64,000 bases of DNA, taken from assembly GCF_006345805.1 (NCBI RefSeq), contig NC_043005.1, forward strand, positions 77,686,001 to 77,750,000, in the 5' to 3' direction. Both the position numbers and the translations under genes were made by a program. The notes under the pieces were generated by a model. That model made no database searches. It had not been told where the DNA came from and worked only from the letters and a program-made list of their open reading frames with translations. Source of the stretch: Octopus sinensis (taxonomy: Eukaryota). This document shows, piece after piece, positions 1 through 12,300 of the stretch. Position 1 is the stretch's first letter, and each line of letters starts with the position of its first letter.

Positions 1-222
1 ACAGGATTGTAAACATAGGGGGCCAAAGAAGGACAGACAAAAGGATTAAGTCGATTACATCGAGCCCAGTGCGTAACTGGTACATATTTAATTGATTTAA
101 TTGACCACCGAAAGGATGAAGGGCTAAGTCGACCTCCGTGAATTTGAACTCAGAATGTAACGCCAGGTGAAATACTATTAAGCATTTTGCCTGGAGTGCT
201 AACGATTCTGCCAGCTCGCCAC
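1..222 (-). mobile_element. tRNA-headed SINE, family B (about 240 bp), older copy at the window edge
   Basis: Reverse complement matches the younger copies at 52332 and 62103 (gagctggcagaatcgttagcac...gagttcaaatt...gtcgac...cctttc...gtaccagttacgcactggg). Confidence 0.8.
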
Positions 223-250
223 TCTAATATATATATGTACACACATACAT

Positions 251-285
<35 letters not shown>

Positions 286-1853
286 ATGTGCTTGTTTCAG
301 TTTCTGTCTGCCAAATCCACTCAAGGATTTGGTCAGCTTGAGTCTATTGTAGAAGACATTTTCCCAAGGTGCCATACGGTGAGATTGAACCTAAAAACAT
401 GTTGTTGGAAAACAAACTTCTTACCACAAAGCCATGGCGGAGTAGTTATCTATTTTCCATGAGAATTTTTTTTTTTGCTATTTTTTTATATTTTTACAGA
501 GAAAATATTTTTGTTCTATCTCCTCCTTGTTTCAGTAAATGAACTGCAGCCATGCTGGAGCACCACCTTCAACAGATCAGTTGAATGAATTAATCCCAGT
601 TCAGACTTACCAATTTCATGTTTGAAACTTATTCTGAGAGTCTATTTAACTGATCTGCTAAGCTATGGGGATGTAAACAACACAACAAAGGTTATCAAGC
701 AATAGGTGAACAATCACACATACACACACCCCTCACACACACAAACCCACGTATGCACATACATACATACACTTATACAATGGGCTTCCACACAATTTCC
801 ATCTACCAAATTCACTCACAAGGAATTCAAGCAACCTGAGACTATAGTGGAAGACCCCTGCCCAACATCCATGCAGTGGGACTGAACCTGAAACTATGTA
901 ATTGCATTTTATGATATTGTCCTTGAAAACAACACAAATAAAAACTCAAGTCAATTTTGATCAGGTTTAAAATCAGAATATAGAGGAATATAAAGAAAAG
1001 AAAGTGAATTTAGTCAGGCAAACTAAATGACTAAACATGGGTGTTTGCATACAGTGAGTCAACAAGATTAAAATAGCAGATAAATCTCCCTCAAATAAAG
1101 AAAACGACAACTTGGAAAACTCAGTTTAAAGTATGTAAACAATATAAGATGGGGTACGTCAACCAATGGAAATTAATTTAAGCATATCATATAGACTCCA
1201 CTTGAGAACCAATGTTGTATATTATTAGCAATATATTCAACCTTGATTTGGTGTTGTTTATGTTGTGTTGTTGGTTAATAGTTAAACAGACAAGCATGTT
1301 TTGATTGAAAAGCAGAACAACTAGGGGAGGATTGGTTGTGTGATGTCACAGAGGTAACAATAATAGTCACTGACATTATATCCTGTTCAATATGAATTTA
1401 GTAAGAATTAGCTAACCAAGAATACATATGGCACTCTCCTGACTTCTCTCTACACTAAATGTTGCCACAGGAAATTTTAGGTTCTTTCTTGTTCCATGAT
1501 AAAATTATGCCAAAATTAAAATATATCCCTTGTGTGGATCCCTGAAAATTTTATATGGATCCTAGTTGAGATCAACTGTTCTAAATAAGCCACATGCAGT
1601 TTTAGGTTCTTTCTTTTTCCATGATAAAATTATGCCAAAATTAATTTTGCTTCTTGTTCCTCTCTTAGTCAACCACATAAAATTATCAGTCAGGTATGTG
1701 TCAAAAAAATACAATGATATCTTGGAAAACAATTTAAAATATGCAAAAAGATAGGAGAATCATTACTGCAGTGATTCATTCATAGATGTTTATTATCAGG
1801 ACTGGTGTTGTATCTAAACAATAACAACAGGAATCTAAGTGCAATCTGTTTAA

Positions 1854-2650
1854 AATAATAATAATAATAATAATAATAATAATTGTGTACAGTGCTCAGG
1901 TGCACTACAACTCATCTAAAGTGTATATATAATCAGGTGTAGTTTCGGCGGATTTCGGAAAGCATGAAGGCCTTAAAGGATGCAGTGTCATGGCAGTCAA
2001 CAACTGACGCAGGCAGTTTATTCCATGCTTCAGCAACTCTGAGCGTGAAAAAATGTTTCCGAAAGTCATGGGAGCTGTGTTGTTTTCTGACTTTGTAGGC
2101 ATGTCCACGTGTGTTAGACACATGGAGATCAAAAAGGTGTTCAGTGTTGTTGTTGGTGAGGTGGTTGATAACCTTGTGGGTGTTTACCAAGTCCGTCGCC
2201 AGACGCCAGAGCTTCAGTGAATCCATGCCCAGGGAAACAAGGCGCTCAGAATATGGTAGGTGTCTGATGGAGGGTATGCGTTTGGTTGCACGTCTCTGGA
2301 CAGATTCCAGGAGGTCAATGTTCTGAGCAAGATAGGGATTCCAAACTGATGATGCGAATTCCAAGTGTGGTCGTACCATAGCTGTATACAGTTTTAAATA
2401 GATGGCTGGAGAGCGGCTAACAAAAGTCTTGCTGAGTGATGCCAAGACACCCTCGGCCTTCTTGGCAATTTTAGAGATATGCTTTGTCCAACGCAAATCA
2501 CTGCTGACAGTGATGCCTAGGTCACGCTCGCAAGAGGATTTCTTGATATCAGTGTTGTGGAGGGAGTATATGGACGCAGGGTTTTTTCTCCCAAAATGCA
2601 TGGTGGTACACTTGTCCACAGCCAGTTTCAGTTGCCAGTCTGTAATCCAT
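1854..2650 (-). mobile_element. 5'-truncated CR1/L2-group LINE 3' end with (TTA)n tail
   Basis: ORF 1933-2727 has ERDLGI, LYTAMVRPHLEFASSVWNPY, LESVQRRATK, TRGH and FFTLRVAEAWNKLP, typical of the C-terminus of CR1-group RTs. The (aat)n tail is at 1854-1881. Confidence 0.9.
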
Positions 2651-2810
2651 AATCCTAATCCTTTTTCAACTGACTTTCCAAAAAAATAACCAATGAAAAC
2701 TAATCTATGCATATCAGGGGTACTCAACCATTTTTTGCTTGTGAACCTCTTTGATTCCCATGTTATCTGGATGTATCCTCATAACCATTCCATGTCTAAA
2801 ACGTCCTATT

Positions 2811-3159
2811 ATCTCTCTATATATAAAACTGAAGTTGTCTGTGTATGGCAGGTTTGGTAACCTTCAACTAACACTATCTCCTCCGAGACCCTGCAGCACA
2901 AGTTGACCAAAATTGAGAGTATGGTAGAAGAAAAGATTCAAATGGGACCATGTTAACACCAAATATTATTTACATCAAAATGTGCTCTTTTTCTATGAAA
3001 ATCCCTATTTTTACAATTTTTTTACTGCTGTGTCGCCATTTTTCGGTGAATTTCAACCAGAAAAATATTCACTTGAAGAGAATAACAAGCTACATAATGC
3101 AAAATTCCAATACTAAAGGATTGAAACAAACCTAAGAAACGCTGGGCGATAATGCTAGT
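2811..3159 (-). mobile_element. Non-autonomous Helitron/Helentron-like element
   Basis: Reverse complement of the 38175-38567 element: actagc..atcgccc start and cagacaacttcag.tttatatata end. Confidence 0.7.
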
Positions 3160-4069
3160 ATTCTTATAATTACATATTATTAGGAATAGTATTTAAAAAA
3201 ATGTGTATTGTTGAAGCATAACTGGTTTATTGCATATAAACCTTAACTATAAAATCTTATAGGGACCTCCAAGGATCATATAGACCCCATTTAAGAAAAT
3301 CTGATGTATATTATTAGCAAATATTTTAAACACTGATTTACTGTTAAGTTGTGTTGGTTAAATAGATTTATGAATAAACAGAAACATGGTTGGTTAAACA
3401 GTTAAGTGCATTTTGATTGAAGAGCAAGACAACAAGGAAAGGATGGGTCATGTTAGCCCACAGAGGTGGAAACCAAAGTACATTGACATTATTTCCTGTT
3501 TCATATGAATTTATTAGGAATTACTTAATCAAGAATTCCATATGACCCTCTCTCCTGACTTCTCTCTTCACCAAATATTACGACAGGAAATTTTAGAGTC
3601 TTTTATGTTCTGTGATAAAGTTATGCCAAACTTAATTTTGCTTCTTCTTCCTCTGCCAGTCAGCCAGCTAAAAATAGCAGTTAAATCTTCCTCAAAAACA
3701 GAAAAATGACAGCCTGGAAAACTCAGTTTAAAATGTGCTGAAATATAGCATGATTATTACTGCAGTGACTGATTTTTTAAACACCAACCTATGAAAACTA
3801 ATTTTTTTATAATATATTCTTATAATTACATATTATTAGGAATAGTATTTTTAAAAATATGTATTGTAGAAGCGTATCTGGTTTATTGCATATAAACCTT
3901 AACTACAAAATCTTATATGGACCTCCAAGGATCTTATAGACCCCATTTGAGAACTTACAGGTAAGTGTATTTTGATTGAAGAGCAAAACAACTAGGAAAG
4001 GATGGGTCATGTTAGCTCGCAGGGGTGGCAACCAAAGTACATTGACATTATTTCCTGTTTAATATGAAT

Positions 4070-4880
4070 TCAATAGGTCGTCAGGTATGAAATTTGTAGT
4101 AAGGTATATGGTAAAGTTTAACAGCTGCTCACTTTGCGCCATTATTATATTTTGACAAACTTTATTTTTTGTTAGAAAGCTAACACATCTATTTCTTTAT
4201 TCTAACTCATTTTGTGCTTTATAAAGTATTTATGAATCGTTCTTTGCTATTTTTGTTTAGAGATAGTTAAGTTGGAAATTCGTACAGTTTTCATATATGA
4301 GTTCTTTCTTGAAAATACAGCATCACAGACAGCTCGGAATATTAATGGAGTATTTTATTCTAATTTTATTACACAGCAGACAGTATCAAATTGGTTTGCA
4401 AAATTTTTTCCTGGTAACTTTGACCTCACAAATGAGCAATGCGGTCAAGCAAAAACAATGGTAGATAACAAGGAACTGAATGCCACCATTGAGTCAGAAC
4501 CATCTCAAAGTGCCCGTGAATTATCGTTGTTGTTTGGTGTTAGCAAGAAACAATATTGACTCACCTAGTTCAAATTGGTAAAGTGAAAAAGTTGGATAAG
4601 TGGGTTCCACAAGAACTCAATGAAAATCAGAGACAGCAACGTTTGGAAGCCTGCATTATGCTAATTTCTCGTCACAAAAATTAATCATTTGTTAATCAAA
4701 TTGTAACGTGGTGAGAAATGGATCCAATACAACAACCATAAATGTTCAGCACAATGGCTGGACAAAGATAAGCCACCAAAGTGCAGTCCAAAAAACAAAA
4801 TTCATCAAAAGAAGCTGATGGTGTGTGTTTGGTGACCTGGCAAAGGTGTGATCCATTATGATTTCCTTAAACCTGGCTCA
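4070..4880 (+). mobile_element. Degenerate mariner transposase remnant
   Basis: HTH-like ORF 4272-4559 (TASQTARNIN...TVSNWFAKF...SARELS). Frameshifted downstream pieces read KKLDKWVPQEL, YNNHKCSAQWLDK and KKLMVCVW...IHYDFLKPG, matching mariner WVPHEL and YDN..QW motifs. Confidence 0.85.
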
Positions 4881-4906
4881 TCAAATAAAAGAATATACAT
4901 ATACAT

Positions 4907-4959
<53 letters not shown>

Positions 4960-4969
4960 TTCTTTTATG

Positions 4970-5343
4970 CTTTTACTTGTTTGAGTCATTTGACTGTGGC
5001 CATGTTGGAGTGCCGCCTTTACTTGAGCAAATCGACCCCAGGACTTATTCTTTGTAAGCGTAGTACTTATTCTATCAGTTTCTCTTGCTGAACCATTAAG
5101 TGACAGGGACATAAACACACTAGCATCGGTTGTAAAACAATGTTGGGGGAACAAACACATACATACATACATACATACATACACACGACGGGCTTCTTTC
5201 AGTCTACCAAATCCACTCACAAGGCTTTGGTCGGCCCGAGGCTATAATAGAAGACACTTGCCCAAAGTGTCACGCAGTGGGACTGAACCCGGAACCATGT
5301 GGTTCGTTAGCAAGCTACTTACCACACAGCCACTCCTGTGCCT
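4970..5343 (-). mobile_element. SINE family A (composite, CORE-like 5' half + internal microsatellite + 3' half)
   Basis: Matches many copies: gtggctgtgtggtaag...gggttcagtccc...ccttgggcaagtgtctt...(TA/TG)n...ggtgctccagcatggccgcagtcaaatgactgaaacaagtaaaa. Confidence 0.85.
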
Positions 5344-5879
5344 AGCTAACAATAAAACTATATGACCTTCTTCTATCCCCTCTCTAAAGTAAATGTTGTC
5401 TCAGACAGTTTTAGATTTTTTCATGTTCTAATTTAACTATTTCAATTCTAAATGAATTGAGGTCCTGTGTATACCTGAGGAAAACTTTTATTTCTATTCA
5501 ATAATAAAAAACGAAGTGGTTCTCTGTCAATTGTGACAATGCGGGTTCCAGCTGATCCAATCAACGGAACAGCTTGCAAGTGGCTGAGCACTCCACAGAC
5601 ACGCGTTCCCTGTATGAGTTTAATCCCCTACAGTAAGAGGGCAGTGGCAGGGGAAACAATTTGAGAGAAAATGCAGTGTGCTAAAAGTTGAATACAGTAA
5701 AATGAATAGGGCCTTAGCCTTGCAAGTTATGAGGTGATCATTATAAGCACTAGTACCATGAAAGAAATGGATCCATACACTCTGTAAGATGTTTGGTATC
5801 ATAGGGAAGGCATCCATATGTAGACAGTGTGTCAAGGAAGACGTTAGTGCAGGATAAAGTCCTCCAATTCCTCAGGACC

Positions 5880-6430
5880 TGTCAAACCATCCAACCTATG
5901 CTATCATGCAAGCAAATACAAGTTGAATGATTATGATGAAGATCATGATGATGAGAAAGAGGAGGAGGTGGAGAATGAAGACAATGATAGTGACAAAAGT
6001 GATGATGATAGTGATGAAGCTGATGGTGATGAAGCTGATGGTGATGATGACGATGACAGTGATAATGATGATGACGATGATGATAATAGTGATGATGGAG
6101 ATGATGACGATGATGCTGATGATGGTGACGATGCTGATGATGATGACAATGACGATGATGATGATAATGAAAATGATAATGGTGATGTTGATGATGACAA
6201 TGACGACGACAACAATGAAGGTGATGACTGTAATGATGATGATGATGATGATGAAGAAGATTATGATGATGGTGAAAATAATGATGATGATGATGAAGAT
6301 GATGATGAAGATGATGATGAAGATGATGATGAAGATGATGATGATGATGATGACGATGATGATGATGATGATAATGATGGTCTCATATTGATGATGATGA
6401 TGATGATGATAACGATGGTCTCATATTGAT
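5880..6430 (+). repeat. Expanded degenerate (GAT)n tract attached to the 3' end of a family-D SINE
   Basis: ctgtcaaaccatccaacc.atgc precedes the tract, as in the SINE end at 14210-14270 that runs into (gat)n. Confidence 0.75.
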
Positions 6431-6684
6431 GACGATGAATGCTTCTATCGCATACAGCAGTCGGTTGTATTCACTGACCACATCCGAATATATTGATGAC
6501 TATAAAAGGTGAGAAGTGTTCCAGCTGATGACACAATCTAAGTGCAAGTGGAAAGGATACGGAGCTGCACCTCCTCAGTTCATCAAATTTCCTGGAAAAG
6601 AAGTTCCTTGTAAGGCTTGTCGCACCAAATACACTACAAACATTCTTTTAACACTTCCTGTTCTTTCAGGCAAATTAACACGAA

Positions 6685-7430
6685 GGGAAAAGTGGTAGTG
6701 GTGGCAGTGGTGGTGGTGGTGGTGGTGGTGGTGGCGATAGCAGTGATGGTGACAGTGGAGGCGGTGGTGGTGGGAGTGGTAATGATGACAGTGGTGGTAA
6801 TGGTGGTGGTGGTGGTGCTGGTGATAGCAGTGATGGTGACAGTGGAGGCGGTGGTGGTGGGAGTGGTGATGATGACAGTGGTGGTAATGGTGGTGGTGGT
6901 GGTGCTGGTGATAGCAGTGATGGTGACAGTGGAGGCGGTGGTGGTGGGAGTGGTGATGATGACAGTGGTGGTAATGGTGGTGGTGGTGGTGCTGGTGATA
7001 GCAGTGATGGTGACAGTGGAGGCGGTGGTGGTGGGAGTGGTGATGATGACAGTGGTGGTAATGGTGGTGGTGATGGTGCTGGTGATAGCAGTGATGGTGA
7101 CAGTGGAGGTGGTGGTGGTGGTGGTGATGGTGGTAGTGGTGATGATGACAGTGGTGGTAATGGTGGTGGTGGTGGTGGTAGTGGTGGTGGTGGCAATAGC
7201 AGTGATGGTGACAGTGGAGGCGGCGGTGGCAGTGGTGATGGCGGCAACAGCAGCAACGGTGGTGGCGATGGTGGTATTGGCAGTAATAGTGGTAATGGTG
7301 GTGGTGGCAGTGGTGGTGGTGGTGGAGGTGGTGGTGGTGGTGGCGATGGTGGCGATGGTGGTAATGGTGGTGGTGGTGGTGGTGGTGGTGGTGGTGGTGG
7401 AGGTGGTGGTGATGATGATGATGGTGGAAA
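6685..7430 (+). repeat. Compound (GGT)n tract with an 87-bp higher-order repeat
   Basis: Unit gtgatagcagtgatggtgacagtggaggcggtggtggtgggagtggtgatgatgacagtggtggtaatggtggtggtggtggtgctg recurs at least four times. Confidence 0.85.
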
Positions 7431-7943
7431 TTGTAGTAGGATTGTGTATGAATTCTTTCTACCCATTTAACACAAAATGCAATATTATCCGCCCACGAAA
7501 TTATACCCATTCACCTCTAATTGTCTGGTGAAAATCTCTCATTTTCTCTTTGTCACTAACTCACACTCTCTCTCTCTCTCACCCCCTGATTTTTAATCTT
7601 TACAGCACCAATCCTAAACCTCCTCTGGTTTTACCATACAATACTTCCCTTTCTAAATTGTCCATAACTAAACAAACCTTCCGTCATAATTTTACATAAG
7701 AACCTTTTGTAAGTTATGTTCCAGTCACCAGTTTTAATAACAAACTCTTTCACTCTTTTTACTCTTTTGCTTGTTTCAGTCATTTGACTGCAGCCATGCT
7801 AGAGCACCGCCTTTAGTCGAGCAAATCGACCCGAGGACTTATGCTCTGTAATCTATTTTGACGAACCACTTAGTTATGGGGATGTAAACACACCACCATT
7901 GGTTATCAAGAGATGTTAGGGGGACAAACACAGACACACAAAC

Positions 7944-7984
<41 letters not shown>

Positions 7985-8004
<20 letters not shown>

Positions 8005-8790
8005 TTTATATTAAATTAGAGATAAAACCGCTATTAGGCAAATCAAATATTATTATTATATATATATATATATATATATACTAAGCAATAAAGGGTTTAG
8101 CAACGAATTGCCTTACCACATACCGAATTTAGAAATAGCAGTCAAAGAGTTATAGCTATTTCTTCTACTAAAAAGGGAGATCTCAGTAAAAACAGCAATT
8201 GGAAGGCAGACACAAACAGGTAAGAGAGAATGAATTGACGGCAATCTATCATACAATTTTAAGTTATCTACGGACGTACGTTTCGAAATCAAGTTTTTAG
8301 GAAAGCATAAGAATTAAATATTAAATAATTCTATCTTACCAAAAACTTCTTTTCTCTTCAGCGTAGAATACTATAATCATAAATGATTATATATTGAATT
8401 TTGAGATACTAGAAGGCACCAACTCAACTCAGTATCAGAGCGCGCTAGAATCCGCAACTAGTATCACCAAATTCAATGTGTGAATGAAAAGATTGTGTCA
8501 CCAGCCCCTTCCCACCCGCGTGTAGCCAAAACAAGATGCTGTGGTCATCCACTGAGATAAAATATGGTTATCCGTAATAATGAAGGGTGAAATTAATTAA
8601 TTTGGAATAATTATCAATTACACCAAGTAGTCTTCGGCATGTAAAAGCCTCATTCGAGGAAAATTTAAGTAATACTAAGCAATAAAGGGTTTAGCAACGA
8701 ATTGCCTTACCAAATACCGAATTTAGAAATAGCAGTCAAAGAGTTATAGCTATTTCTTCTACTAAAAAGGGAGATCTCAGTAAAAACAGC
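7985..8790. mobile_element. Penelope-like non-coding remnant with a 118-bp direct repeat (pseudo-LTR-like)
   Basis: 8079-8196 and 8673-8790 are identical except for one base. The Penelope assignment is an inference from the architecture. Confidence 0.5.
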
Positions 8791-8814
8791 ATATATATAT
8801 ATATATATATCTTT

Positions 8815-9222
8815 TTTCTCTTTTCTCTTTTACTTGTTTCAGTCATTTGACTGCAGCCATGCTGGAGCACCACCTTTAATTGAGCAACTCGACCCCGGGA
8901 CTTATTCTTTTGTAAGCCCAGTACTTATTCTATCGGTCTCTTTTGCCGAACCGCTAAGTAACGGGGACATAAACACACCAGCATCAATTGTCAAGCAATG
9001 CTAGGGGGACAAACACAGACACACACACGCATATATATATATATATATATACATATATACGAGGGGCTTCTTTCAGTTTCCGTCTACCAAATCCACTCCC
9101 AAGGCGTTGGTCGGTCCGAGGCTATAGTAGAAGACACTTGTCCAAGGTGCCACGCAGTGGGACTGAACCCGGAACCATGTGGTTGGTAAGCAAGCTACTT
9201 ACCACACAGCCACTCCTGCACC
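8815..9222 (-). mobile_element. SINE family A, full length
   Basis: Both halves plus internal (TA)n; high similarity to the other copies. Confidence 0.9.
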
Positions 9223-9227
9223 TATAT

Positions 9228-9269
<42 letters not shown>

Positions 9270-9273
<4 letters not shown>

Positions 9274-9479
9274 GTGAGCTTGTGTGTACCGTTGGCGATT
9301 TTTTTTTCCTCTGTCTTCCCTTCTCTGGATCTTTCCTTTTCCTATGTTTCCAACGAAGATATCTGCCCAAAACGTTAAACCCTCCTTCTTTCTTTCTTTC
9401 CTGAGCGTCCAATAATACTATATTTGTTCCACGTCCTCGCGTTGTTGTGTTTTTTTTTTGTGCTTTCTTTTTTGGATTA

Positions 9480-9483
<4 letters not shown>
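9270..9483 (+). mobile_element. Penelope-like terminal fragment (same family as 18661-18870), hammerhead motif decayed
   Basis: Aligns by eye with 18661-18870 over about 200 bp. Confidence 0.6.
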
Positions 9484-9518
<35 letters not shown>

Positions 9519-9519
9519 T

Positions 9520-9985
9520 CATCATCATCATCATTTAACGTCCGCTTTCCATGCTAGCATGGGTTGGACGGTTCAACTGGGGTCTGGGGAGCCCGAAGGC
9601 TGCACCAGGCCAGTCAGATCTGGCAGTGTTTCTACAGCTGGATGCCCTTCCTAACGCCAACCACTCCGAGAGTGTAGTGGGTGATTTTATGTGCCACCAA
9701 CACAGGTGCCAGACGAGGCTGGCGAACGGCCACGCTCGGATGGTGTTTTTATGTGCCACCGACACAGGTGCCAGACGAGGCTGGCGAATGGCCACGCTCG
9801 GATGGTGTTTTTATGTGCCACCGACACAGGTGCCAGACGAGGCTGACGAACGGCCACGATCGGATGGTGTTTCTTACGTGCCCACAGCACGGAGGCCAGT
9901 CGATGCGGTACTGGCTACGGCCACGTTCGGATGGTTTTCTTGTGTGCCACCGGCACTGGTACCACAAAGATACAAATTCCATTGA
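9520..9985 (-). mobile_element. SINE family D ((GAT)n tail) with an internal minisatellite of about 62 bp
   Basis: catcatcatttaacgtccgctttccatgctagcatggg...ggatgcccttcctaacgccaacc is shared with 16305, 22470, 63925 and (opposite strand) 14050. Confidence 0.8.
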
Positions 9986-10329
9986 TGTTCATCTATTTTG
10001 ATTTGATTTGATTTGATTTGATCACTTGTCTCAACAGGTCTTCACAAGTGTCACAAGAAGGAAGGTATGCACAGGTGGACTGACTACGTCCCAAGTAGAG
10101 GCCACGGGTTATGGCCTGACTAGTCTTGCCGGGTCTTCGGATGGTGTTTTTATGTGCCACCGACACAGGTGCCAGATGAGGCTGGCGAACGGCCACGATT
10201 GGATGGTGTTTGTTATGAGCCCACAGCACAGAGGCCAGTCGATGCGGTACTGGCTACGGCCATGTTCGGATGGTTATCTTGTGTGCCACCGGCCCTGGTA
10301 CCACAAAGATACAAATTCCATTGATGTTC

Positions 10330-12046
10330 ATCTATTTTGATTTGTTTTGATTTGATCACTTGCCTCAACAGGTCTTCACAAGTGTCACAAGAAGGAAGGT
10401 ATGCACAGGTGGACTGACTACGTCCCAGGTAGGGGCCACGGGTTATGGCCTGACTACTCTTGCCGGGTCTTCTCACGCACAGCATACTTCCATAGGTCTC
10501 GGTCTCTAGTCATTTCCTTGGTGAGACCTAAAGTTCAAAGGTCGTGCTTCACCACCTCGTCCCAGGTTTTCCTGGGTCTACCTCTTCCACAGGTTCCCTC
10601 AACTGCTAGGGTGTAGCACTTTTGCACACAACTATCTACAGCCATTCTCGTCACATGACCATACCAGCGCAGCCGTCTCTCTTGCACACCACAATTGATG
10701 CTTCTTAGGTTCAACTTTTCTCTCAAGGTACTTACACTCTGACGATTATGAACACTGACATTACACATCCATCGGAGCATACTGGCTTCATTTCTTGCAA
10801 GCTTACGCATATCCTCAGCAGTCACGGCCCATGTTTCACTACCATGTAGCATGGCTGTACGTACACATGCATCATACAGTCTGCCTTTTACTCTGAGCGA
10901 GAGGCCTTTTGTCACCAGCAGGGGTAAGAGCTCTCTAAACTTTGCCCAAGCTATTCTTACTCTAGCAGTTACACTTTCAGCACACCCACCCCCGCTACTG
11001 ACTTGGTCACCTAGGTAGCGGAAGCTATCAACTACTTCTAGTTTGTCTCCCTGGAATGTGGTAGAAGTTGGTCTCTGCACATTTCCAGTGTTTATTGCTC
11101 CTGAGCATCTGCCACAGACAAAAACTATTTTCCTAGTTAGCCTTCCTTTGACATTGCTGCACCTCTTATGTGTCCATAGCTTACACTTGGTGCACCTTAT
11201 AGAGTTTCTACATACACCTTTTTTACAGATCGAGCAGGGCCATCTACCTGAAGTCGTTTGTGATTGGTCCACCTTCCTACTTATTAGGACTTTGGTTTTG
11301 GCTAGGTTGATTCTAAGGCCCTTCGATTCTAATCCTTGTTTCCACACCTGAAACTTCTCCTCCAGTTCTGATAGTGACTCAGCAATTAGAGCAAGGTCGT
11401 CAGCATAGAGGAGCTCCCAGGGGCATCCTGTCTTGAATTCCTCCGTTATTGCCTGGAGGACTATGATAAATAGGAGGGGACTGAGGACTGAACCTTGGTG
11501 GACCCCAACCTCTACCCGGAATTCTTCACTGTACTCGTTGCTAACCCTCACCTTACTAGCAGCGTCTCTGTACATGGCTTGCACAGCTCTCACTAACCAT
11601 TCATCTATCCCTAGTTTCCTCATTGACCACCAGATAAGGGATCAGGGGACCCTGTCAAAGGCTTTCTCCAAGTCAACAAAAGCCAGGTACAAGGGCTTGT
11701 CTTTGGCTAGGTATTTCTCCTGCAGCTGTCTTACCAGGAATATAGCATCAGTAGTACTTTTCCCTGGCACGAACCCAAACTGCATATCATCTAAGCTAAC
11801 ACTCTCTCTAATTAGTTGGGCTATAACCCTCTCCGTAACCTTTATTACCTGATCCAGCAGCTTGATGCCTCTGTAGTTATTTGTATCTAGGGCGTCGCCT
11901 TTACCTTTGTAGCAGTTGACTATTATGCTGCTACACCAGTCATTGGGTATGACTCCCTCGTGTATCACCTGGTTAACTATACGGGTGACTAAGCTATAGC
12001 CGACACCACCAGATATTTTGAGCATCTCTGCAGTAATTCCTGATGA
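10330..12046 (-). mobile_element. 5'-truncated RTE-clade LINE (RT with two in-frame stops, (TCAAA)n tail)
   Basis: ORFs 11642-12073 and 10535-11623 are in one frame: YRGIKLLD, FVDLEKAFDRVP, GVHQGSVLSPLLF, LLYADD, ERRLRWYGHV, GRGRPRKTW. Confidence 0.93.
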
Positions 12047-12074
12047 TATATATATATATATATATACACACATA

Positions 12075-12300
12075 TTTAGGGTGGCGAGCTGGCAGAATCA
12101 TTAGTACGCCGGGCAAAATGTTTAGTGGTATTTCATCTGCTATTACATTCTGAGTTCAAATTCCACCGAGGTCAACTTTGCCTTTCATCCTTTCAGGGTT
12201 GATTAAATAAGTATCAGTTACGTACTGGGGTCAATATATTCGACTTAATCCCTTTGTTTGTCCCCTCTATGTGTAGCTCCCTGTGGGCAATGAAGAAATA
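12075..12300 (+). mobile_element. SINE family B
   Basis: A-box-like tggcagaatcattag, B-box-like gagttcaaatt, and the family body. Confidence 0.85.

Noticed and set aside
6500-6680. Possible exon or splice acceptor (cttcctgttctttcag) before the GGT tract
   Set aside because: Two frames after the AG hit stops quickly and the third is poly-Val; no recognisable protein similarity.
5923-7531. Long ORFs of poly-Asp, poly-Met, poly-His, poly-Pro and poly-Val
   Set aside because: These are stop-free frames of (GAT)n and (GGT)n microsatellites on both strands, with no independent coding evidence. The Gly frame is kept only as a low-ranked finding.
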